Of a stretch of DNA of 64,000 nt, positions 1 through 7,426 are shown one piece after another. The stretch lies in assembly GCA_963716175.1 (NCBI GenBank), contig OY970296.1, forward strand, positions 4,192,001-4,256,000. The letters are read 5' to 3'. Numbering within the stretch: the stretch's first letter is position 1; each line of letters starts with the position of its first letter. This DNA is from an uncultured Armatimonadetes bacterium (GTDB lineage: Bacteria; Armatimonadota; Hebobacteria; Hebobacterales; Hebobacteraceae). A program made the translations under genes and the position numbers. Below the pieces are notes generated by a model. The model saw only the letters and a list, made by a program, of their open reading frames with translations, made no database searches and had not been told where the DNA came from.

Positions 1-146
1 GGGGCCTGGGCGGCCGCGGCATGGAGACCGAAGAAGAGGGCCAGCGCGATGAGGCCGCCGAGCACGGCGCTGGTAACGAGCAGCAGCGCGATGGGAAGGC
101 TGCGGGGACGGGCTTCCCTGCTGCCCATGGGCGAGATCACAGTCAT
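1..146 (-). CDS. 5' part of a membrane-anchored/secreted protein, runs off the window
   Basis: ATG at 146 preceded by GGAGGT SD; reads MTVISPMGSREARPRSLPIALLLVTSAVLGGLIALALFFGLHAAAAQA (hydrophobic N-terminal segment). Confidence 0.6.
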   Translation of the reverse strand, partial: MTVISPMGSREARPRSLPIALLLVTSAVLGGLIALALFFGLHAAAAQA

Positions 147-224
147 GGCAGTCACCTCCGGGAGTTTAGACACAGTGTACCACGCTGGGTTCTGCTGAAC
201 GGGAGGGAACGGGGACAGCACAGA

Positions 225-265
225 CGCAGGCTGGGAGCCTGCGCTACCAACGAGCCTGCGCTACC
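225..265. repeat. GTAG-type REP-like palindrome family A (xCAGGCTGGGAGCCTGxGCTAC) plus partial tandem copy
   Basis: CGCAGGCTGGGAGCCTGCGCTAC at 225-247 and GAGCCTGCGCTACC at 252-265; same motif at 6205-6227 (reverse), 7252-7275 and 7779-7801. Confidence 0.75.
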
Positions 266-267
266 GG

Positions 268-930
268 TCAGCGGCGGTCGGGAGGGAACAGCTCACCGAG
301 CGCGGCGGCCATCTCGTCGCTGGCGCGCTGAAGCAGCTCGCGGGTGGGACGCTGACCGTGGAGATGGGCGAGGTCCAGGGGCGGGCCGAAGCGAACGCGG
401 AGCTTGGCCGGGCGCGGGATCGGGCGGTGCCGCGGCAGCAGATGATCGGCGCCGCAGATGGCGATCGGGACCACCTGGGCCCGGGAGGAGAGGGCGATGA
501 AGGCGGCGCCGTGCTCGAAGGGCTTGAGCCGCCCGTCGGAGCTGCGAGTGCCCTCCGGGAAGATCAGCAGCACCTTGCCCGCGCGCAGCAGGCGCACCGC
601 CTGGCGCAGCGCCTCTCGATCACCGGCCTGGCGGCGCACCGGGAAGGCGTGAGTGCGCCGGATCAACCAGCCCAGAACGGGGTAGTGGAAGAGCTCGGCC
701 TTGGCCATGAAGTGGACTGGCCGGGGAGAGGCGGTGCCCACGATGGGAGGGTCAGCGTAGCTAGTATGGTTGGCGATGAGCAGCAGCCCGCCGGCCCGCG
801 GCATCAGCTCCCCTCCAGTCACCTCCCAGCGGTTGAAGAGCCGGAAGAAGATGGCGAGCAGCACTCTGGCGATGGCATAGAGGGGAGCTGCTCGCTCGCG
901 CGCTGCTTCAGCGGGGTCAGCCGCGGTCAT
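268..930 (-). CDS. plsC: 1-acyl-sn-glycerol-3-phosphate acyltransferase (lysophospholipid acyltransferase family)
   Basis: NHTSYAD (HX4D), FMAKAELF and IFPEGTRS motifs; start MTAADP at 930 overlaps the MFS stop (ATGA). Confidence 0.9.
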   Translation of the reverse strand: MTAADPAEAARERAAPLYAIARVLLAIFFRLFNRWEVTGGELMPRAGGLLLIANHTSYADPPIVGTASPRPVHFMAKAELFHYPVLGWLIRRTHAFPVRRQAGDREALRQAVRLLRAGKVLLIFPEGTRSSDGRLKPFEHGAAFIALSSRAQVVPIAICGADHLLPRHRPIPRPAKLRVRFGPPLDLAHLHGQRPTRELLQRASDEMAAALGELFPPDRR

Positions 931-2228
931 CGCGCCTCCGAGCTGGGCCGTGGCTCTGGCAGGCGGTAGACGTAGGTCACGCTCACGACTCCGGTGACGG
1001 CCACCAGCAGGAAGAGGGCCTGGAATGGCAACACGCCAAGCATCCAACCACCGAGCAGGGGCATCAGGACGGTGGGAGCGGCGAGGGTGGACTGCAAGCC
1101 GAGGAAGAGCGGCCTGATCTGGGCGGGAGCGATCTCGAGCACGTAATTGGTGAAGCCCATCCACATGCCTCCCCAGATCGCTCCATTGAGCAGGAAGACC
1201 AGGCAGTAGAGATAGGCGACGTCTGTCGCGCCCATGATAGGCGCCAGGGCCGAAACCAGCAAGGCCGCCGCCGGGACCGCGATAACGAGCCAGGAGACCG
1301 CGCGAATCACGGCGGTGCTGCCGAGGCGGTCGCTGAGGTAGGCCCAGATGAAGCTGGCCCCGACCGAGCCGATGGTGCCGGCCCAGATGAAGAGGCCGCC
1401 CACGGAAGCTGGCAGGCCCAGGCGCGAGTGTGCGTAGATGGCATAGAAGGGGACGGCGAGGCCGGCCAGGCCGCAGAGGATCTGGCCCACGATCACCCGG
1501 CGCAGACGCGGGTGACGGCGGAGAGTGGAAGGGATGGCGCGCAGCAGACGAGGGAGCGACTGGGCCTCCTCGACGGTCGGGCCGCGCGGCTCCCGGATGA
1601 GGGCGAGGCAGATGGTGGAAAGCGTCATTCCGATCACCAGGAAGATGAAGAGCCGGCCATAGTTGTGTGGGAAAGGGAGAGAGCTGTTCGACAGGATGGC
1701 GCGCACTACGGCGCCCGATCCCACCGCCAGCAGGCCGCCGAGGAACTGCATGGAGCCGAAGAAGCGGCCCCGGAACCGGGCGGGGATAGTGCGGCCGATG
1801 ATGTCATGCCAGGGCACGCCAGAGAAGCCGTCGCCGAAGAAGAAGATGGTGAAGCCCAGCATCAGGACCAGCAGCAGCCCGCGGGGGTGGGAGGCGGCCC
1901 AGTCGAGGTTGAACACGATGGCGAGGCCGAGGAAGGGCAGCCGGCTGATCAGGCAGGGATACAAGACGAAGGGCTTCTTGCGGGGCCGGTGGAGCACGAA
2001 GCTGGCGGCGAGGAGCTGGGGGATGAGCCAGCCCGCGCGCTGGAGCGCGCTCATCAGTCCGACGATCAGCTTGGAGTCGCTGAGGTCACTGAGCAAGACA
2101 GGCAGGACGACCACCGGATCCAGGAAGGCGAAAGCGCAGAAGAAGAAGCTGGCATCGAGGACAATGACGGCGAAGTTCCAGCGGAGGTGGCGCCACTCTG
2201 GTGAGGCGAGCTTGCCGTCGTCTGCCAT
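927..2228 (-). CDS. MFS transporter
   Basis: 433 aa, about 12 hydrophobic segments, RGRFFG and LSDRLG loop motifs. Confidence 0.85.
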   Translation of the reverse strand: MADDGKLASPEWRHLRWNFAVIVLDASFFFCAFAFLDPVVVLPVLLSDLSDSKLIVGLMSALQRAGWLIPQLLAASFVLHRPRKKPFVLYPCLISRLPFLGLAIVFNLDWAASHPRGLLLVLMLGFTIFFFGDGFSGVPWHDIIGRTIPARFRGRFFGSMQFLGGLLAVGSGAVVRAILSNSSLPFPHNYGRLFIFLVIGMTLSTICLALIREPRGPTVEEAQSLPRLLRAIPSTLRRHPRLRRVIVGQILCGLAGLAVPFYAIYAHSRLGLPASVGGLFIWAGTIGSVGASFIWAYLSDRLGSTAVIRAVSWLVIAVPAAALLVSALAPIMGATDVAYLYCLVFLLNGAIWGGMWMGFTNYVLEIAPAQIRPLFLGLQSTLAAPTVLMPLLGGWMLGVLPFQALFLLVAVTGVVSVTYVYRLPEPRPSSEAR

Positions 2229-2282
2229 GCCGTAAGTGCTCGCGGGAGGCGAGCGCTCCCGAGGAGGTGGGGCGCGGGCCGC

Positions 2283-2507
2283 TCAGCCGGAGGGGGCGGA
2301 CCTGAACGCAGACTCCAGGTCCGAGAGGGAGCTCTCGATGACCTTGATCCGGTCCTGGCAGCGCTGGAGCAAGCGGCTCATGCTGCGCGCGGGATCGCGA
2401 TAGCGCAGCAGCCAGACCATGCCGGCCACTCCCAGCGCCAGCCCGGCCGCGGCCGCCACCCAGAGCCAGGCGTGATGCTCTTCATCCTCCCAATCAGAAT
2501 GGGCCAC
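2283..2507 (-). CDS. small single-TM hypothetical protein
   Basis: One hydrophobic helix followed by a coiled-coil-like tail; co-oriented with neighbours; start uncertain (2507 or 2534). Confidence 0.6.
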   Translation of the reverse strand: MAHSDWEDEEHHAWLWVAAAAGLALGVAGMVWLLRYRDPARSMSRLLQRCQDRIKVIESSLSDLESAFRSAPSG

Positions 2508-2619
2508 CGCGCGCTCCGCTGTGCTGATGATCACGTATCGAAGTAATGGACGCCGGGCGTCTCAGCGCCCTCGGAAGCGCCCTGAGGGGTTTCGCCATCA
2601 CTTCGTCGGGCGAGACCCG

Positions 2620-3033
2620 TTACAGCTCCCAGGTTTTCTCTTGATCCGAGTACTCGTCGGCGCCGCTGAAGATGCGCTTGACGAAAGTGATCAGCTCCAG
2701 GGGGTTGAAGGGCTTGGTGAGGTAGGCGCTGACCCCAGAGGCCCAGCCCCGGAAGACGTCGGCGTCCTGGGCCTTGGCGGTGAGCATGATCACTGGCACC
2801 TCGCGCGTCTCCGGGTTGGCCTGGAGGCGCTTGAGGACCTCGAACCCATCCATCTTCGGCATCATCACATCCAGCACCACCAGGTCCGGCTTCTCGCTCT
2901 CCACCTTCTTCAGCGCCTCCGGACCGTCGAAGGCCGTGACCACCTGGTAGCCGGCCCGTTCCAGGTTGACCTGGATCAGCCGCACGATGTGACGCTCGTC
3001 ATCCACGGCCAGGATCTTCTTAGCTAGTGGCAT
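2620..3033 (-). CDS. single-domain response regulator (receiver only)
   Basis: ILAVDD, VVLDVMMPKMDG, MLTAK, YLTKPF motifs; no output domain. Confidence 0.92.
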   Translation of the reverse strand: MPLAKKILAVDDERHIVRLIQVNLERAGYQVVTAFDGPEALKKVESEKPDLVVLDVMMPKMDGFEVLKRLQANPETREVPVIMLTAKAQDADVFRGWASGVSAYLTKPFNPLELITFVKRIFSGADEYSDQEKTWEL

Positions 3034-3093
3034 GGGCCCGAACCTTCCTTGGCGGGCTGGGGTGGTAGACCGCAGCTGCGGTCGCGATGCGTG

Positions 3094-3172
3094 CGGGCAG
3101 GTGGCGTGGCTAGGCCTGCCTAGCAGGCCGCCACCCCGGCCGCCTGAGGCGGCCTAGGGGGACCCGCCCTAC
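3094..3172. repeat. Composite repeat: CTAG double-hairpin module nested in a GTAG-REP
   Basis: Reverse complement reads CCTAGGCC-hairpin-GGCCGGGGTGGCGGCC-hairpin-GGCCTAGCCA, as at about 7330-7400 and 11929-11973; flanked by GCGGG...CCCGCCCTAC. Confidence 0.7.
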
Positions 3173-3210
3173 CACTCTCGGCCTCTAACCTATTCCCCAG
3201 AGGGCGGGAG

Positions 3211-3240
3211 AGTATAACATGGCGCGCGCGGCAGTGTCAA
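3211..3240 (-). promoter_or_regulatory. sigma70-type promoter for the response regulator
   Basis: TTGACA-18 nt-TATACT with extended -10 TG on the minus strand. Confidence 0.65.
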
Positions 3241-3284
3241 CGCTGCGAGGGCCATCGGCCCATGCGGGCGCTTGCTTCGCCAAC

Positions 3285-3339
3285 TGTAGGGCGGCATCCC
3301 CCGATGCCGCCGGGCGGGGTCAGGGGACCCCGCCCTACA
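3285..3339. repeat. Inverted pair of GTAG-REP palindromes
   Basis: TGTAGGGCGGCATCCCCCGATGCCGCC followed by GGCGGGGTCAGGGGACCCCGCCCTACA. Confidence 0.7.
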
Positions 3340-3349
3340 GCAGCCTCGC

Positions 3350-5245
3350 TCACCTGGGCTGGTGGTAGCCGAGCATGGCAGAGACCAGCGCCAGCGCGCC
3401 CTCGGGCACATATCCACCCAGCACCAGGCCGATGAAGGCGGGACGCAGGGTCCGGTAGAGCCTCCAACCTCCGTAGCGACGCACCAGGGTGCTGATGGTC
3501 CAGGCGATGAGCGCGTTGAACCAGACCCAGTTATCCGTGGACCAGCCGCTGGCGATCAGGAAACCGACCGGGCTGACCGGCCACCAGACGAACCGGCCGT
3601 GCATGAAGATGAGGCCGAACATGAAGGCCCCTCCGATCGCCAGCGCCAGGCGCAGCCAGTTGTCGGGCAGCTCGGGGGAGTGCAGGCTGCTGTCCAGCTC
3701 ATCGAAGACATCGCGGGCAGGAGCGGCGATGGGCCAGTCCGGGAGGGTCGCGGCCCCGTAGTGATAGCAGATCCAGAGCATGGTGGGAAAGCCCACGGCG
3801 AGCATGGTGACCGCGGCCAACACCCCGGCCCAGGGAAATCGCCTGGCCTCCACTCGGCCGCCGTGGAGGAGCTTGAAGCTGTTCATCGCCTGCGCCATCA
3901 GCACGATCCGCGGATCGTACATGTAGATGGTGGAGAGGTAGCTGTAGACGGTAAGAGAGACCGGCCCCACCGCGGCCGCGCCCAGCGTGTGCATCACCAC
4001 ATGGCGCGGGAAAAACCCGGTGTCCACGTGCGTCACTCCGGCTGCGGCCACCAGGCGGGAGACCCCGATCATCACAGTGTAGAACAAGGCCATGATCAAC
4101 ACGAACGGCCACCACGGCATCCCGGTCTGCAAAGCCCACCAGAGCATGAAGGCATTGGCGAGCAGCAGGCCCAGCAGGGCCCAGGACCCGGACATGGGCG
4201 CGTAGGGATCCGGCGGCAGGCGAGCGCGCCCGAAGGCACCTCGCCAGGCCGCGCGCAGGGCCTCCCGAGACTGATACAGCACCACCGCGCTGAGCGCGAT
4301 GAAGGCGCCTGCTTCCTCCATCCCGATGAAGGTCTGGGCGGAGAAGGAGACTACGGCCGAGCCCCCCTCAGCGACCCCGAAAGCCGCCCACACCAGTCGC
4401 TGGACGTCGTAGAGGAGGTAGAAAAGCCAGAGGCTGAGAGAGATCTCTCCTGGCAGCAGATAGAAGATCCCAATCAGGGGGAGGGTGATGGAGAGATGAG
4501 TCCCGGAGGAGAGCACGTTCCAGGGCAAGCCCAGGCCAGAGAACGAGCGGCCCAGATCGAATTCGGCCAGCTCTAAGGTGGGCACGCTCGGATAGAGGCG
4601 GTTGAGCCAGCCCAGGAGCGCAGGCACGGCGGGGATGGCGAAGCCGATCCAGAGGGCGCGATTCCTCAGGCTCTGCCCGAGCGTGGGGTGCGGGTCACTG
4701 CCGGTGATGGCAAGAGGAATGTCAACCAGCGGATAGGAGAGTTTTTGGCGCTCGATCCAGTCTCTGGTGAGGAGGGAACCGAGGCAGAACATGGCGGTCC
4801 ACAGGGCGATGGTGAAAGCCGACCATCCCACCACGGGCCAGGTCCAGGCGCGCCAGGGGACGCCAACCCCGCGGGGCGAGCCCTCCCAGTACCAATCAAC
4901 AGCTTGCTGGCTGCCGAGCCGGAACCAGAGTGGGAGGGAGGGCCACATCCGGTGCTGCCAGTCATTGGAGGGACTGGCCATGTAGATGGGCCAGGTGGTG
5001 GCTCCGGTGATGAACGGCAGGCCGCCCTTGTAGAGGAACTGCACCACCATGATCACCATGGCATAGGTGACAAGCAGCTCGACGCGGGTGAAGGACCGCC
5101 CGGGAAGGAGCCGGACGAGAGCGCCGTTGATCAGCACCAGCGCGAAGAGAGTAACCACGGCAGTGGCGGGCAGGGCACTGCCGCCGGGGTCCCAGGTGCG
5201 GCTGACCGCTCCCAGGTAGGGGCTGAGAAGAGACAGCAGGGCCAC
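3350..5245 (-). CDS. DUF6785/DUF6784-type polytopic membrane protein (putative transporter), paralog 1
   Basis: About 630 aa multi-TM; ERQKLSYPL and WWPVSPVG motifs shared with the paralogs at 26614 and 38070; frame stays open upstream through ISLRALLIG to a possible ATT start at 5344. Confidence 0.8.
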   Translation of the reverse strand: MALLSLLSPYLGAVSRTWDPGGSALPATAVVTLFALVLINGALVRLLPGRSFTRVELLVTYAMVIMVVQFLYKGGLPFITGATTWPIYMASPSNDWQHRMWPSLPLWFRLGSQQAVDWYWEGSPRGVGVPWRAWTWPVVGWSAFTIALWTAMFCLGSLLTRDWIERQKLSYPLVDIPLAITGSDPHPTLGQSLRNRALWIGFAIPAVPALLGWLNRLYPSVPTLELAEFDLGRSFSGLGLPWNVLSSGTHLSITLPLIGIFYLLPGEISLSLWLFYLLYDVQRLVWAAFGVAEGGSAVVSFSAQTFIGMEEAGAFIALSAVVLYQSREALRAAWRGAFGRARLPPDPYAPMSGSWALLGLLLANAFMLWWALQTGMPWWPFVLIMALFYTVMIGVSRLVAAAGVTHVDTGFFPRHVVMHTLGAAAVGPVSLTVYSYLSTIYMYDPRIVLMAQAMNSFKLLHGGRVEARRFPWAGVLAAVTMLAVGFPTMLWICYHYGAATLPDWPIAAPARDVFDELDSSLHSPELPDNWLRLALAIGGAFMFGLIFMHGRFVWWPVSPVGFLIASGWSTDNWVWFNALIAWTISTLVRRYGGWRLYRTLRPAFIGLVLGGYVPEGALALVSAMLGYHQPR

Positions 5246-5563
5246 GGTGAGAGTGCCGATGAGCAGCGCGCGCAGGGATATCGGCAGGGCCTTTACCCCG
5301 CGGGAAGATGCGGTCTGCGTCTGCCCATCGCTGTTGGCAAGAATGGCAGCCGGCTCCCTGACCGATGATCGTTCAGGAGGTGAGGAATCTGCAGAATCTG
5401 CGGATTCCCTGGCCTCGCACCAGTGCCCTGCTCAGAGAACCGGGTAGATCATCCAGCAAGGAGATGGCGGGTGGGAAGGGGAATCTTGGGTGTATTGGCG
5501 GCGGAAGCGCAGTCACTGCCCTGCAGCAGACCGCGGGCCGCCGGCCAGAATGGGAGGCGAAGG

Positions 5564-6208
5564 ATGAGACGCAGTCTGATCGTGGTGGGCATCGTCTTGC
5601 TCGTGGCCGGCCTGGGACAGGCGGCGATGGCGGCAGCGCCATCGGCTGCGCCGGCCAAGCCGGCAGCCCCAGTTTCGGCCGCGGCGACGGCACCTCCAGC
5701 CTCAGCTTCGCCGGCAGCCAAGGCGGCCCCGGCGGAGGCTGCTTCGCAGCGGCTGGTGGTCACGGTGCAGTTGCCGGCGAAGGGTGAGGGTGGGGCCGCA
5801 CGGCCCATGGGCCGGGGTGCCGGGGGCCACGGCGCCGGCTGCTTCCAGAGCCAGACCGGCGAGCTGCTGGGTGTCACCATTTCTCGGCCGCATGGATGCG
5901 TGATCGGGAGCGTGCTCCCGGCAGGGCCGGCTGGGAAGGCGGGGATCAAGCCCGGAGACAGCATCATCGCCTGCGACGGCAAGGAGGTGACTTGCCCCAG
6001 GATGCTGGTGATGGGGCTGGGCCAGCGGCCGGGTCCCAGGGAGGTCAAGCTCACCATCGTGCGCCGGGACGGCGGGCCCGCGACCGCGGGGGCGACGAAG
6101 GCGGGGGCGCCAGCAGCTGGAGCGGCTTCAGCCGACAAGGAGAAGAGCAAGCCGCGGGCGGCTGCGAAGAAGGCAAAGGCCCGGCGCCACAACCGCCACA
6201 AGAAGTAG
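5564..6208 (+). CDS. secreted PDZ-domain protein with Ala/Pro-rich linker and basic tail
   Basis: Signal peptide MRRSLIVVGIVLLVAGLGQAAMA; PDZ signature LGVT...V.PAGPAGKAGIKPGDSII..DG. Confidence 0.8.
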   Translation: MRRSLIVVGIVLLVAGLGQAAMAAAPSAAPAKPAAPVSAAATAPPASASPAAKAAPAEAASQRLVVTVQLPAKGEGGAARPMGRGAGGHGAGCFQSQTGELLGVTISRPHGCVIGSVLPAGPAGKAGIKPGDSIIACDGKEVTCPRMLVMGLGQRPGPREVKLTIVRRDGGPATAGATKAGAPAAGAASADKEKSKPRAAAKKAKARRHNRHKK

Positions 6209-6380
6209 CACAGGCTCCCAGCCTGTGTCCTGTGGGGGGCGGGCGTGCCGGACGGAGTTGACGCCGGGCGAAGCCGAAGGGCCCGCCAGAAGTGGACAAG
6301 TGCGCCGGGCAGGTCGCGGACCTGCCCTACTTGGCAGCACACGCTGTTAGCCTGTGCAGTGTTGCGGGCCGGAGGGCGGG

Positions 6381-7223
6381 ATGCAAAGGCGAGCACTGGG
6401 GAAGACGGGCGAGGCGCTGTCTCTGATCGGCATGGGCGGGATCGTGGTGTCGGAGATCCCGCAGCCGGAGGCCGACCGGATGGTCGCGGAGGCGGTGGAC
6501 CACGGCGTCAACTACTTCGATGTGGCGCCCACTTACGGCAACGCGCAGGAGCGGCTGGGGCCGGCTCTCCAGCCCTATCGGAAGCAGGTATTCCTGGCCT
6601 GCAAGACGGCGGAGCGAGACAAGGACGGCGCCAGGCGCGAGCTGGAGGCTTCGCTGCGCCTGCTGCGCACTGACCACGTGGACCTCTACCAGCATCACGG
6701 GCTGACCTCGAAGGAGGAGGTGGAGCAGGCCTTCGGCCCGGGCGGCGCGATGGAGACATTCCAGGCCGCCCGGCAGGAGGGCAAAGTGCGATTCCTCGGG
6801 TTCAGCGCGCACTCCGTGGAGGCGGCGGAGGAGGCGCTGAAGCGGTTCCCGTTTGACTCCGTGCTGTTTCCTTTCAACTTCGTGTGCTGGCACCACGGAT
6901 TCGGCCCGCAAGTGCTGGAGGCGGCCAGAGCGCGACAGGCCGGTCGGCTGGCGCTGAAAGCGCTGGCGCGGACGAACTGGCCCAAAGAGGGGAAGCGCAA
7001 GTGGTCCAAGTGTTGGTACCAGCCCTTCGACCAGTGGGCGGAGGTCGAGCTGGCGCTGCGCTTCACGCTCTCCCAGGACATCACCGCCGCCATTCCGCCG
7101 GGCGAGCCGGAGCTGTTCCGCATGGCGATGGGGGTGGCGGAGCAGTTTCATCCGCTCTCGATTGAGGAGCAGGGGCAGCTTCGGCAGATGGCCATGGGGC
7201 TGGAGCCGATCTTCCCGCAGTAG
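6381..7223 (+). CDS. aldo/keto reductase
   Basis: LGKTG, GVNYFDVAPTYG, SLRLLRTDHVDLYQHH, GKVRFLGFS motifs. Confidence 0.92.
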   Translation: MQRRALGKTGEALSLIGMGGIVVSEIPQPEADRMVAEAVDHGVNYFDVAPTYGNAQERLGPALQPYRKQVFLACKTAERDKDGARRELEASLRLLRTDHVDLYQHHGLTSKEEVEQAFGPGGAMETFQAARQEGKVRFLGFSAHSVEAAEEALKRFPFDSVLFPFNFVCWHHGFGPQVLEAARARQAGRLALKALARTNWPKEGKRKWSKCWYQPFDQWAEVELALRFTLSQDITAAIPPGEPELFRMAMGVAEQFHPLSIEEQGQLRQMAMGLEPIFPQ

Positions 7224-7313
7224 GCAGAGGCGAGGAGCGGGCGAGGAAACGGCACAGGCTGGGAGCCTGTGCTACCTCAGGACGGCTACGGTCTGCAAGT
7301 CCTGGTATCCGTG

Positions 7314-7416
7314 CGGCGGGCATAGGTCCCTAGGCCTGAAGGCCGGGATGGCGGCCGGCTCTGCCGGCCTAGCCAGCGGTCGCCGAATGGCGGCCTAGCC
7401 ACAGGCCCGCGCTACA
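7314..7416. repeat. Composite repeat: CTAG double-hairpin module nested in a REP
   Basis: GCGGGC...[CCTAGGCCTGAAGGCCGGGATGGCGGCC...GGCCTAGCCA]...GCCCGCGCTAC. Confidence 0.7.
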
Positions 7417-7426
7417 GGAGGGGCGA

